Shown here: positions 8,870 through 19,109 of the stretch, piece by piece
How positions within the stretch are numbered: the first letter of the stretch is position 1
How the letters are laid out: each line of letters begins with the position of its first letter
Made by a program: the position numbers and the translations under genes
Notes under the pieces: model-generated
What the model saw: only the letters and a program-made list of their open reading frames with translations
Told to the model about the DNA's origin: nothing
The model's database searches: none
DNA from: a virus
Lineage: Duplodnaviria > Caudoviricetes
Reading direction: 5' to 3' (one strand)
Virus record (IMG/VR): IMGVR_UViG_3300020413_001405
Span: 1-30,834 of that record
Length of the DNA: 30,834 nucleotides

Positions 8870-8876
8870 TATTTAT
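8870..8876 (-). promoter_or_regulatory. Late promoter ATAAATA, 5 nt before the ATG
   Basis: Minus strand aATAAATA-cttgt-ATG. Confidence 0.7.
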
Positions 8877-10108
8877 TTGAAGGCTTTGAGTATAATGGTA
8901 TCTGCATTGAATCTACCATTCATTTTGGTCTCAGTTGTTTTAAGATATCCAAATTGTGCGTTTAGTTTGTGTTTGGTAATCTTTTTCCACATAGGCAAAA
9001 CTTCAGTAGGTTTTCTTATAGTTTTTTGTGTGCTTTTTGCTTCGTCAAAGTATTGTAATGTAGTACCTTTAACTTTTAAATCAGCATGTTCTTGTGCATG
9101 GTAGATTCCTATTTTACGATTCTTTGTATTAAAAACAACAACACATTTACTATCGATAATCTCACTTGGAGGGATACTAGTAATTCCAAAATCTCCATCA
9201 CTAGGCTTAAACTTTAGTTTCTTTACAAGCTCTTGAGCACTTTTCACTTTGGGTTTTCGTACTGCACGATTTTGTTTTTGCTCTGCCTTCATAATTTCAA
9301 TAGCATCGAACAATCGCTTGTAAAAATCTGTAAGTTCTTTTATTTGAGATTTGCTATACGAATCATAACCTTCTGCAAGTTGTGATTGCATATCATCACG
9401 TTTACTAGCAGTTGGCAAATCATTTAGTTCTTGTAGTTCTTCATAACTACCTGTATACCAATTTGTAACAAAACGCAAGTGTCCAAGATTAATCTGTTTT
9501 CTCTTAAACAGTTTCAACGGCATTTTATCTTTAAGAGGATTCTTTTTGCTATCTTGCATCCAATCATCAATCCACTGATCCAAATCTTCTGTTTTTTCTC
9601 CAGCCGCCTCTTCTAGTCTTTCTTGTATACTAGGAACATGGATATTTTTCTTTTTCTTATCGTCTGCTTTTCTAACTTCAGCAATACCTTTACCTTTTTC
9701 GATAAGTTCAGCAATTTTAGGTTTAATATAATCTGTCATAGGTGCAATATCACCACTTGTGCCAGGACAAGATTGCCAATGCTCTTGTTCTAATTCATTG
9801 TAATCAGGACAGCCATCTAGTAGCATACGGCAGTAGATTCCTACTAATCCTTCAAATTTTGCCGCTTTTTTGGCATTTGAAATGTCAGTCTTGGAATAAC
9901 CATTTTCTTTCATCCAAGTATACATGTGTTCAATGTTATCTGTATGCTTGTAATTCATATACCAAAAATCGTTGTTATGCCGTTTTAAGGTATGAAATTT
10001 ATCGCCGTCTAGTTTTTCCCAACCTTCGAAGCCAGGTGCTTGCATTCCTTTTATTTTGCGCCTTGCAAGTTTTACTTTAGATTTTTTTCTAGCCTTTGGA
10101 AGTGCCAT
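8873..10108 (-). CDS. Basic hypothetical protein resembling a conserved unknown of large T4-like phages
   Basis: 411 aa, Lys-rich; C-terminal SIPPSEII...VFNTKNRKIGIY...VKGTTL..FDE..S.QKTIRKP...MNGRFN; GAGGA SD. Confidence 0.75.
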   Translation of the reverse strand: MALPKARKKSKVKLARRKIKGMQAPGFEGWEKLDGDKFHTLKRHNNDFWYMNYKHTDNIEHMYTWMKENGYSKTDISNAKKAAKFEGLVGIYCRMLLDGCPDYNELEQEHWQSCPGTSGDIAPMTDYIKPKIAELIEKGKGIAEVRKADDKKKKNIHVPSIQERLEEAAGEKTEDLDQWIDDWMQDSKKNPLKDKMPLKLFKRKQINLGHLRFVTNWYTGSYEELQELNDLPTASKRDDMQSQLAEGYDSYSKSQIKELTDFYKRLFDAIEIMKAEQKQNRAVRKPKVKSAQELVKKLKFKPSDGDFGITSIPPSEIIDSKCVVVFNTKNRKIGIYHAQEHADLKVKGTTLQYFDEAKSTQKTIRKPTEVLPMWKKITKHKLNAQFGYLKTTETKMNGRFNADTIILKAFK

Positions 10109-10140
10109 AATTGTCCTCTCTGTTTTGTGCCTTACACACT

Positions 10141-10168
10141 AATTTAGCATCTTTTGTTAATTTGTCAA
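10141..10168 (-). promoter_or_regulatory. sigma70-like promoter for the 411-aa gene
   Basis: Minus strand aaaggTTGACA-16 nt-TAAATT with TG extension; back-to-back with a plus-strand late promoter. Confidence 0.55.
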
Positions 10169-10182
10169 CCTTTAAGGTATCG

Positions 10183-10189
10183 ATAAATA
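10183..10189 (+). promoter_or_regulatory. Late promoter ATAAATA, 5 nt before the neck gene ATG
   Basis: gATAAATA-agtgt-ATG at the head of the plus-strand structural operon. Confidence 0.7.
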
Positions 10190-10194
10190 AGTGT

Positions 10195-11283
10195 ATGCCA
10201 CGTTTAAGTTTATACAAACCGACCAAAACTAACGATTATCACTTTATGGATCGCAATATCCGTGAGCAATTTAGTATTGGTGGAACAGGAGTACATGTAC
10301 ACAAATATTTAGGACCAGCAGTAACGGCAGACAAAAATGACCCTGCACAGCCTAATTATATTGATGGTAGAGAAGTTGATCCACTTAGTGGAGAAGTAAT
10401 CAATGTCGAAGGAATCATCAATGAAACAAAAGTACAAGACTTGCTGTTTATGGAAAACAGAGATAGAAAATACGACAAAGACATTTATGAATTACGAGGT
10501 GTTTACAATGTACAGGACACTGATTTTGATCTAACACAGTTTGGCTTATTTTTAAGCAATGACATGTTGTACATGACATTTCACATGAATGAAATGGTAG
10601 ACATAATGGGTAGAAGACTAATGCCAGGAGATGTATTAGAACTTCCTCATCTACGTGATGCACTATTGTTAAATGCTGATAAAAATGCAATCAACAAATA
10701 TTATGTTGTTAATGATGCTAATAGAGGTGCAGAAGGTTTTAGTCAAACATGGTATCCTCACATTTGGAGAGTTAAACTAAGCCCACTTACAGACAGCCAG
10801 GAATACTACGACATACTTGGAGATGGTAGCGAAAATAGTCTTAAGAGTGATCTTAGCACATATAAAGCTGAATACAATATCAGCAATGCTATTGTAGAAG
10901 CCGCAGATGCTGAAGATCCAAATGGTACATCGATGACCGAACATTTGTTTGGTTATGATTATGCAACCAGTGGCGGTTTAGTAAATCAACAAAACAGTTA
11001 CAGTCACGGTGAAAGTATTAACAGCGGTGACCAATTTCCAAGTTCACCCACTGAAGGTGAATATTTTATAAGAACTGACTTTAATCCAAATAGATTATTT
11101 GTGAGAAGAGGTAGTAGATGGCATAGACTTTATGATAATATCACTGATCAAACATGGACAGATAAAACTTATAATGCTAGTGATTACATCAACAATAATA
11201 GAACCACAGTGGTAGATGACCAAGAATTTAACGAGCAAACTCCATTAAGTGAAGTAATAAAACCACAAGCGGATAATACATAA
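10195..11283 (+). CDS. Neck / head-closure protein (T4 gp14-like)
   Basis: Start refined to ATG 10195 (MPRLSLYK); DLLFMENRDRKYD, FDLTQFGLFL, GRRLMPGDVLELPHL; precedes a gp15-like gene. Confidence 0.72.
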   Translation: MPRLSLYKPTKTNDYHFMDRNIREQFSIGGTGVHVHKYLGPAVTADKNDPAQPNYIDGREVDPLSGEVINVEGIINETKVQDLLFMENRDRKYDKDIYELRGVYNVQDTDFDLTQFGLFLSNDMLYMTFHMNEMVDIMGRRLMPGDVLELPHLRDALLLNADKNAINKYYVVNDANRGAEGFSQTWYPHIWRVKLSPLTDSQEYYDILGDGSENSLKSDLSTYKAEYNISNAIVEAADAEDPNGTSMTEHLFGYDYATSGGLVNQQNSYSHGESINSGDQFPSSPTEGEYFIRTDFNPNRLFVRRGSRWHRLYDNITDQTWTDKTYNASDYINNNRTTVVDDQEFNEQTPLSEVIKPQADNT

Positions 11284-12686
11284 TGGCATACGAAACATCA
11301 AAACTTACCGCAGTACCTTACTTCTACGACAAACAACTTCGTAGATATATTCAGCAGTTTATTAGAATATTTGCAGGCTTTCAAGTTGCAATGCATTCAG
11401 ACAATGAAGGTAATACAGTTTTTCAAACAGCGCCTGTACGTTATGGTGATGTTAGTAGAATGGCGGCTCACATTGTGAGAGAGAATAGTGAAAATATGAT
11501 ACAAACGACTCCGTTTATTAGTTGTCATGTTACAGGTTTAGAAACTGCACCCGATAGAAGAACACTAGCTTCTTATGAAGAAAATGTACCGGTATACGAA
11601 AAGAAATTTAACGAGTCTACAGGTGCATACGAAAATGAACAAGGCAGAGCATATAGTATAAAAAGACATCAGCCTGTGCCATATAATTTAACAATGCAAG
11701 TTGATATATGGACAAGCAACACTGAACAAAAACTACAATTATTAGAACAAATACTTGTATTGTTTAATCCTACACTTAATATTCATACCAGTGACAATGC
11801 ACTGGATTGGAGTACACTAAGTTATGTAGAATTAATAGCCAGTACTTGGAGTATGAGAGCAATTCCTAGTGGAGTTGATGATATCATAGATATCAGCACA
11901 ATGACATTTACAATGCCTGTGCTAATTAATCCACCAGCAAAAGTTACAAAACAAACAATTATTCATACTATTATTGACAACATCAATGACACAGACGAAG
12001 CTGGACTAGAAGCTCTTAGGGCTGGAAATAGTTATGTTCCATTGTTTACAAGTTATAAAGTTGTAACACTAGACAATTATAAAATGCGTTTTACAATGGA
12101 TGCTAGTGGTAATGGAACTGCACAACTATTAAGTGAAAGTGGCACCAACAGTGACGCAAACGGAATACTAAATTGGGCAGAAGTGTTTAAACCTTTTGGA
12201 GATTTTAGAGATAGCATTAGTCAACTTAGACTAAAACAAACAGATAATCCTGGTGTAACAGCTGGCGATATAGTGGGTAACATTACTGTTAATGCAGGCA
12301 ATGTAAACTTACTTGATGTTGTAATGGACACAAATACATTTCCTGCTATGACACAGACTGCCGTTGATGCAGTAGTTGATCCACAAGCTAATCAACCCGG
12401 AGACGGCACAATATCAGCCGCACAAGACGGTGATAGATACTTGCTAACAAAAGATGTGGCAGGCGGAGCAGGTTGGCTTGGTAGTGGTGCAAAGAAACAT
12501 GATATAATACAATATAGTGTAGGCACAAATCAATGGAATATTTCATTTGATGCTATTGCAAACGGCAGTGCCGAACAATTTGTTACAAATACAACAACAT
12601 TGGATAGATTAAAGTATAACGGTGTTGAATGGGTAAATGCATTTGAAGGAACTTATAATCCTGGATTTTGGAGAGTATACTTATGA
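11283..12686 (+). CDS. Tail sheath stabiliser / terminator (T4 gp15-like) with C-terminal extension
   Basis: YFYDKQLRRYIQQFIRIF, PVRYGD, PVPYNLTMQVDIWTSNTEQKLQLLEQILVLFNP; TAATG coupling. Confidence 0.85.
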   Translation: MAYETSKLTAVPYFYDKQLRRYIQQFIRIFAGFQVAMHSDNEGNTVFQTAPVRYGDVSRMAAHIVRENSENMIQTTPFISCHVTGLETAPDRRTLASYEENVPVYEKKFNESTGAYENEQGRAYSIKRHQPVPYNLTMQVDIWTSNTEQKLQLLEQILVLFNPTLNIHTSDNALDWSTLSYVELIASTWSMRAIPSGVDDIIDISTMTFTMPVLINPPAKVTKQTIIHTIIDNINDTDEAGLEALRAGNSYVPLFTSYKVVTLDNYKMRFTMDASGNGTAQLLSESGTNSDANGILNWAEVFKPFGDFRDSISQLRLKQTDNPGVTAGDIVGNITVNAGNVNLLDVVMDTNTFPAMTQTAVDAVVDPQANQPGDGTISAAQDGDRYLLTKDVAGGAGWLGSGAKKHDIIQYSVGTNQWNISFDAIANGSAEQFVTNTTTLDRLKYNGVEWVNAFEGTYNPGFWRVYL

Positions 12687-15274
12687 GTAGAGCAGGAGAT
12701 TTAAGAAATATTACAGCCACTGGTACAGCCAGTGAAGACAACTATGTTCTAACATACGATGATGCAAGTAAAAAAGTAAGTTTAGAAGCCGCCGCGGGTG
12801 GCGATGTTGTAGACGACACTACTCCTCAACTAGGTGGCAATTTAGATGTAAATGGTAAAAGTATTGTAAGCACTGGTATGGCAGAAATAGATATAACTTC
12901 AGATGGTGTATTAGATTTAAATGCAAATAATGGTAATGTTGATATAACCTCTATCGGTGGAAGTGTATTTCTTGCTGGTGATACTGGCGACATGAAATTT
13001 ATTAACACATACAATGGTGTTTTTCACTTTAAAGATACAGCAAACAATTCAAATAATGGGCCAATAATTGAACTTTTTAGAGATCCACCATCTGGCACTA
13101 TGGATGGCTATAATATCGGAACTATAGATTTTGTAGCAACAAATACGTCTAACACCACTCCGCATGTATATGCCAGAATGTATGTCGAAGCAGACGACGG
13201 TTCTAACAACACTGAAGATGGTTCAATACGTTTTAGGATGTCATCAAGTGGTACTGAGGCATTTAATAGATCTGATACTATGATATTAAAACATGAATTG
13301 GTTTCTATCAATGGTAAAGTTGGTATTGGTAGTTCTACAATAAGTCCTAGTGATTACTATGCTAAAGATCTTGTGGTAGGCGCCGCAGATGAAGGTGGTA
13401 TCACTATCGTCAATGGAACTACCGAACAAGGTTATTTGATGTTTGCTGATGGAACTGGAGGCTCACCTGATGCAAGATTTAGAGGTTACATAGGTTACGA
13501 TCACAACATTGAACATATGCAGATGACTTCTGGTGGTATTTTAAAATTCTTAGTTAATAATACAACTCAAGCGATGACTGTTGATACAAGCGGTAGGTTA
13601 ACAGTAGGTTCAATTGGAACAGATACAACACTGTCTGGTGGACAACCAGCATTACAAGTTACAGGTTCTGGTTTTAATGGTTATATGGCGGCTGTTAGAC
13701 GAGATACTAGTCAATATTCTTCAGGTATAATACTTGCAAAAAGTCGTAGTAGTACAGCTGATAATTTTACAGCCTTAGCAGACAATGATCAAATTGGAGG
13801 TATAATTTTTATTGGCGATGATGGTACTGATTTAGATACATATGGTGCTACAATACAGGCAGAAGTCAACGGCACACCTGCGGTTAACAACATGCCAACT
13901 GACTTAATTTTTAGTACAAATCCTGGAACTAATACTGTTACTGAAAGAATGAGAATCTTAAAGGGCGGCAACGTTGGTATTGGTGATACTAATCCTGGTG
14001 ATCTATTAACTGTAAGTAAAACTGCGTCAGATCATACAAGTGCCGCTATTTCAATACAAAACACTCAAAGTGGTGGTTATGGCGGTAGACTAAATTTTGT
14101 AAGCACAAGAGGTAGTACTCAAGTTATTGCCGCTTATATCGGAACTGACGGGATGGAAAATTGGAGTGATGTTGCAAACACCAGTTCAAATTTAAAATTT
14201 TATACAGTTAATGATGGCACTCTTGCAGAAAGAATGAGAATCAGATCAAATGGTAATGTTGGTATTGGCACAACTAGTCCAGCTGAACCATTAGATGTTC
14301 AAGGCGCTGATAGCGGTATAATAGTAAGGTCTGCGGTGGCTAATAGACCCCATATAAAATTGATAAATGGTACTACCAATATGCTTCAACTAAGTGCTAA
14401 CGGTACATATGGCGCAATTGGTGATGGTACAGATGCAAATAGATATATGTCTTTCAAAGATGGTAAGGTTGGTATTAATACAACAAGTGCAAACTTCAAT
14501 TTAGATGTAAATGGTGGTATGAGAGTGATGAATGCTGGTAATGACGCATATGGTCAGTTATATATTCAAGCCACCGGAACTGGAGATGCTCAAATAGCTT
14601 TTGTTACAACAGCAAATGGACGTAGCATTTATGTTGATCAAAATGACGGCAACAAAATGAGATTTAGCACTGGCTGGGGAAAAGGTGTTGCATACAAAGA
14701 AATGGTAATAGATAATGATGCTAACTTGATATGTGGAGGCGGAACAAAAGAAGGTAGAGGCATTACACTTTACGGATCAGGAGGTAATGGTTTTTATTCT
14801 GTTACTACCGGAACATCTTTCTACTGTATAACCAATCATAATTTAAGTAGTTCAACTGGAACTATATCTACTTTTTACAATGACTCAACTTATTGTGGTG
14901 GTATTACAATTAGCAGTACTAATCAAACCAACTATCAATCAGGTTCAGATTATAGATTGAAAGAAAACATTGTAGACATGGCAGATGGCGCAACTGCCAT
15001 ACTAAAACAACTTCGTCCGAGAACATTCAACTTTAAATCAGATCCAAGTAACACAATAGATGGATTTATAGCACATGAAGTAGAAGGCATTGTTGACAAT
15101 GCTGTTTCTGGAACCAAAGACGAAGTATATGATGAGGCAGGTGCAGATGACAATCCTAATGTTAACGTAGGTGATCCTAAATATCAAGGTATAGATCCTG
15201 GTAAAATGGTACCACTATTAGTAAAAACCATACAAGAATTAGAAGCAAGAATAACACAGTTGGAGAGTGAATAA
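12683..15274 (+). CDS. Tail fibre protein with C-terminal intramolecular chaperone (peptidase S74-like)
   Basis: Start refined to ATG 12683 (ATGA overlap); PQLGGNLD, repeated ERMRI..GNVGIG; SDYRLKENI...GFIAHEV...PLLVKTIQELEARI. Confidence 0.88.
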   Translation: MSRAGDLRNITATGTASEDNYVLTYDDASKKVSLEAAAGGDVVDDTTPQLGGNLDVNGKSIVSTGMAEIDITSDGVLDLNANNGNVDITSIGGSVFLAGDTGDMKFINTYNGVFHFKDTANNSNNGPIIELFRDPPSGTMDGYNIGTIDFVATNTSNTTPHVYARMYVEADDGSNNTEDGSIRFRMSSSGTEAFNRSDTMILKHELVSINGKVGIGSSTISPSDYYAKDLVVGAADEGGITIVNGTTEQGYLMFADGTGGSPDARFRGYIGYDHNIEHMQMTSGGILKFLVNNTTQAMTVDTSGRLTVGSIGTDTTLSGGQPALQVTGSGFNGYMAAVRRDTSQYSSGIILAKSRSSTADNFTALADNDQIGGIIFIGDDGTDLDTYGATIQAEVNGTPAVNNMPTDLIFSTNPGTNTVTERMRILKGGNVGIGDTNPGDLLTVSKTASDHTSAAISIQNTQSGGYGGRLNFVSTRGSTQVIAAYIGTDGMENWSDVANTSSNLKFYTVNDGTLAERMRIRSNGNVGIGTTSPAEPLDVQGADSGIIVRSAVANRPHIKLINGTTNMLQLSANGTYGAIGDGTDANRYMSFKDGKVGINTTSANFNLDVNGGMRVMNAGNDAYGQLYIQATGTGDAQIAFVTTANGRSIYVDQNDGNKMRFSTGWGKGVAYKEMVIDNDANLICGGGTKEGRGITLYGSGGNGFYSVTTGTSFYCITNHNLSSSTGTISTFYNDSTYCGGITISSTNQTNYQSGSDYRLKENIVDMADGATAILKQLRPRTFNFKSDPSNTIDGFIAHEVEGIVDNAVSGTKDEVYDEAGADDNPNVNVGDPKYQGIDPGKMVPLLVKTIQELEARITQLESE

Positions 15275-17310
15275 TGTCATATATAGGACAAGCACCAAGT
15301 ACAATAGTAAGTGAAAATACTTTCGATGAATTTAATTTTACTGCAACCAGTAATCAAACTACTTTTACTGGTGTAGACGCTGATGGCAAAACACTTGTAT
15401 ACAATCCTGGTAATTCAGAAGTATTTTTGAATGGTGTACGCCTAGAAGAAGCAGACTTTACAGCGACAAATGGTACAAGTGTGGTGCTTGCAACAGGTGC
15501 AACAACCAACGATGTTATGAGTGTTAAAAGTTTCACAGTATTTGAAGTAAGTGATACAGTAAGCAAAGCATCAGGTGGTGCATTTGGTGGTAACATAAGT
15601 GTAACAGGTACAGTAACCGCTACCAGCTATAGTGGAGACGGAAGCAGTTTAAGTGGAATATCAACAGATTTAGTAGGAGACATTACTCCACAGCTAGGTG
15701 GTAATTTAGATACAAATGGAAAAAATATTGCGTCATTGACCATAGGGGGAAACAGTCAAGCAACAATTACTAGAGCAGATACTAGTCCTTATGATAGAGG
15801 TTTCCATTTTAGTGACAGTATTTTGCCAGCAGTTGCAAGCCAACCCGATACCAGTTCATTGGTAGGACTTGGTTCTACAACCTATAAGTTCAAAGAACTT
15901 CATACAACAAGTTTACAAACAACCAGTACAGGAATCATAGTAACTGGAAATATACAAGCAGAGCATGGAACTACATCAGAATATGTTAATTCTATTAGAA
16001 ACACAGCAGACAATTTACAATTACTATTAGGAACTACAACTGGTGGTTTACTTAACATACAGGGTAAAACAATTAATACCAATGCGGCTTATAAAATTGC
16101 ACTACAGGCTGAAGGTGGTAATGTTGGTATTGGTACAACTAGTCCAACTGCTCTATTGCAGATTACACCACCTAACGAACATCAAGATAGTTTTAGAATT
16201 TATCGTGGCGGATCAAGCGGATATGAACTTAACTATTTAAACATGAGTCTTTATCAAGGTAATACTGTGTTTAATACTACATCAACTGATAGCTCTGGTA
16301 AAAGATATCTATTTCAAATAAATGGCACAGAAAAAGTGAGAATTGATCAAGAGGGTGAAGTTATGTTTGGAACCACTGTTCAAGGAAGAGCCGCTGAAGG
16401 AGCAAATAGGTTAACTATTGCTAACGACTCCGGACACAGTGGACTGACAATTCGTAGTGGTACAGGTGGTTCAGACTATTATGGGTCGATTAATTTTAGT
16501 GATAGTGAAGGTGGAACAGGAGAATATGCAGGATCTATTTACTATGCTCATGGTACACTTGGTGATAAATTGGTATTGGCTACAACTGGTAGTGATAGAA
16601 TTACACTTAGTGGTAGTGGTAACCATGTTGGCATAGGTGTACAGACTTCTCCCACATATGCACTCGATATTAAAGGTCCTAACTTTCAAGATTCCAGTAT
16701 TAGATTGGAAAGAACAGATACTGGCGCAAGCAATGATCCAGGTATATATTTTGTTAATAATCAATCAACCACTAGTGGAGGATTAGGTGGCATATGGTTC
16801 ACTAATTCATATCACTCTGGTAATGCATACGCAATGATAAGGGCTAGAACACAAGAAACAACCAGTAGTGGAAAATTACAATTTATAACCAGTAATGGTG
16901 TTGTTGGTAATAGTACTCCAGCTAAAGTGACACTCAATCATGCCGGAGATATTTTATATGGCGGTCAATTTAATTTCCACGTTGTAAGTGGATTCAGTGC
17001 ACCAAATGTTGCATTCCAATACGACTTTTACAGAGCAACATACGGAATTCCTATTAAAGTAACAGCGGCTATCAGTCATTGGAATTCTAGTTACATGAGT
17101 TACACAGAAGGAATGTATTGGGGATTTAACACAGCGATGACCAGTGATGTTCAACACAGCTACAATGGCGGTAATGGAAGTTGGACAATTAGTTTTCCAA
17201 CCAACGATATAATAAGAGTTAGAATGAACGGAGATGCCAGCTACAACTATGCTAGTGGTTGGTACATAAAAGTAGAAGGCAACTTGAGAAGGGAATACAC
17301 ATCATCATGA
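15274..17310 (+). CDS. Tail fibre protein
   Basis: MSYIGQAP, FTATSNQTTF, VFLNGVRL..DFTATNGTSVVL, PQLGGNLD, GNVGIGTTSP; Gly/Ser/Thr rich. Confidence 0.8.
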   Translation: MSYIGQAPSTIVSENTFDEFNFTATSNQTTFTGVDADGKTLVYNPGNSEVFLNGVRLEEADFTATNGTSVVLATGATTNDVMSVKSFTVFEVSDTVSKASGGAFGGNISVTGTVTATSYSGDGSSLSGISTDLVGDITPQLGGNLDTNGKNIASLTIGGNSQATITRADTSPYDRGFHFSDSILPAVASQPDTSSLVGLGSTTYKFKELHTTSLQTTSTGIIVTGNIQAEHGTTSEYVNSIRNTADNLQLLLGTTTGGLLNIQGKTINTNAAYKIALQAEGGNVGIGTTSPTALLQITPPNEHQDSFRIYRGGSSGYELNYLNMSLYQGNTVFNTTSTDSSGKRYLFQINGTEKVRIDQEGEVMFGTTVQGRAAEGANRLTIANDSGHSGLTIRSGTGGSDYYGSINFSDSEGGTGEYAGSIYYAHGTLGDKLVLATTGSDRITLSGSGNHVGIGVQTSPTYALDIKGPNFQDSSIRLERTDTGASNDPGIYFVNNQSTTSGGLGGIWFTNSYHSGNAYAMIRARTQETTSSGKLQFITSNGVVGNSTPAKVTLNHAGDILYGGQFNFHVVSGFSAPNVAFQYDFYRATYGIPIKVTAAISHWNSSYMSYTEGMYWGFNTAMTSDVQHSYNGGNGSWTISFPTNDIIRVRMNGDASYNYASGWYIKVEGNLRREYTSS

Positions 17311-17501
17311 CATATATAGTATTCAAAGACAACGAAGTGGTTTTTAGTGGAGATGTATTACCTGTATTTGACGATGCAACACTGGTGGTTACAGAAAATT
17401 TAGAAACATATGATCCAGGATATGATTATAGTTTAGTGGATGGCGAAGCAGTAAAAGGTGATGCTAGAGAAATACCTCATCCACCGGAGGAAGAAGAATG
17501 A
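17307..17501 (+). CDS. Small acidic protein, putative fibre partner or chaperone (64 aa)
   Basis: ATG 17307 (MTYIVFKDNE...); ATGA overlaps with both flanking fibre genes. Confidence 0.7.
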   Translation: MTYIVFKDNEVVFSGDVLPVFDDATLVVTENLETYDPGYDYSLVDGEAVKGDAREIPHPPEEEE

Positions 17502-19060
17502 CCAGAGCAAGAGACCTAGCCAATTCAGCAGATTTATCATTTGATGGTAGTACATTTAAAATTGACACTGCAAATGACAGAGTTGGCATTGGAACAGCTA
17601 CTCCCCAATCTTTTTTACATGTTGAAACTTCAGGTAGTGATTTTCTCAGATTAACAAGTGCAACAGGAAATAATGATACTGGTATAGATTTTTTCAAAAC
17701 AACAACAAGAATGTGGAACATTCGAAATAATGGCAACAATGATTATTTGTATATTACTCCTGCAAGTATAAACGATTCAGATGCAGTACTGGCAATAAAT
17801 CCAAATGGCAATGTTGGTATTGGTAATACTAGTCCTGAATATCCTTTACAAGTGTCAGGATCTAATGTATCATCTGGTGGTGGATTAGCTACACTAGGAA
17901 TATATGATACCGGAACTGCTTATGATGGAACAAATCCCGGTGGTGGAATAACCTTTAGAGGAAAGTATAATAATGCCGGAAGTTTGACTAACTTTGCAAC
18001 TGTACAAGGGGTAAAAGAAAATGCCACAGATGGAGATTATGCTAGTGCATTAAGATTTACTACTAGAGAAAATGGTGGAAATTTAATTGAGCACATGAAC
18101 ATTTCTAGTAGTGGCGTTGTGACTGCAACAGGCTTCAGTGGAAAAATACATCCTGTCAGTGGAACAACTACCAATTACCTTTCTTTAAAAGATAGTAACG
18201 AGCTTAACTTTTTTAACTCAAGTGATGCACCTCAAACATTACATATTAATTATGATACTGTTAATAACGCAGGGGGTAATTTAGATTTATCTGGCAGTGC
18301 TGTTTCAGTGGTTCACAGTGCTAACAATTCAGAACCAACAGTAACAGTGAAGGGTCGTGGATATGGTTATACGCACGGTGCTATAGCTCTAAAGAGTTCT
18401 ACTGGCGATGATGCTCGTGTTAGAGGGCAAGGTATTTTTCTTTTCAATGAAGAGAACGATACGACTTGGTATGTTGGAACTCCTTATTTGAACACAAGTG
18501 CAGGAAGTAGACCATTTGATTTTAACTTTAAATCAAGCACGACTTCTCTTTCAGCAGTAACAGCACATACGGATAATACCAAGGCACGAATACATGCTTC
18601 TGGTGTTATTTCTGCCCCTAGTGGAATAGAATTAGGTAGTGGCTTAGACGCTACAGCGGCAAATACACTAGATTATTATGAGGAAGGTAATTGGACACCC
18701 TCTCTTGGTGGAAACACAATTTACAACTCGCAAAATGGTGAGTATACTAGAGTTGGAAATATGGTAACAATATGGTGCAATATTTATGTAAATACCTTAG
18801 GAACTGGTTCTCAAACAACTATTTCTGGTTTGCCGTTTTCAGTAAGTAATATTACTGAATTTAATGTAAACGGAAGCCATGTTTCTTATTATACTTCCGC
18901 GGCAAATAATGCTTCAGGCTATACAGCAACCGTAGAGAAAAATGGTACAACGATAGTTATGCGTAGAATACCCAATGGAGGTGCAACTTCTATGAACAGC
19001 TGGAACTTTTTTGCAAATTCTACAGATGTATACTTTACAATAACATACCGAACAGGTTAA
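17498..19060 (+). CDS. Tail fibre protein
   Basis: MTRARDLA, NDRVGIGTATP, GNVGIG; C-terminal NTLDYYEEGNWTP...YTRVGNMVT...ISGLPF domain typical of marine phage fibre tips. Confidence 0.82.
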   Translation: MTRARDLANSADLSFDGSTFKIDTANDRVGIGTATPQSFLHVETSGSDFLRLTSATGNNDTGIDFFKTTTRMWNIRNNGNNDYLYITPASINDSDAVLAINPNGNVGIGNTSPEYPLQVSGSNVSSGGGLATLGIYDTGTAYDGTNPGGGITFRGKYNNAGSLTNFATVQGVKENATDGDYASALRFTTRENGGNLIEHMNISSSGVVTATGFSGKIHPVSGTTTNYLSLKDSNELNFFNSSDAPQTLHINYDTVNNAGGNLDLSGSAVSVVHSANNSEPTVTVKGRGYGYTHGAIALKSSTGDDARVRGQGIFLFNEENDTTWYVGTPYLNTSAGSRPFDFNFKSSTTSLSAVTAHTDNTKARIHASGVISAPSGIELGSGLDATAANTLDYYEEGNWTPSLGGNTIYNSQNGEYTRVGNMVTIWCNIYVNTLGTGSQTTISGLPFSVSNITEFNVNGSHVSYYTSAANNASGYTATVEKNGTTIVMRRIPNGGATSMNSWNFFANSTDVYFTITYRTG

Positions 19061-19065
19061 AATAT

Positions 19066-19109
19066 AGCTTTGTCGGATGGCAAAGTTGGACAGGTAGCAA
19101 GAATGTTAC
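19066..19109 (+). other. Two-hairpin structured intergenic element
   Basis: AGCTTTGTC-GGAT-GGCAAAGTT, GGACAG linker, GTAGCA-AGAA-TGTTAC; G.U pairs favour plus-strand RNA; no U tract. Confidence 0.5.

Noticed and set aside
10111-10194. Longer track starts for several genes (10111, 3352, 12668, 17259, 22955, 6075)
   Set aside because: Downstream ATGs have an SD, stop-start coupling or the late-promoter spacing; the extensions run through promoters or neighbouring genes.
12826-17739. Short minus-strand and alternate-frame ORFs within the fibre genes
   Set aside because: Shadow frames arising from codon bias of the Gly/Thr/Ser-rich fibres.
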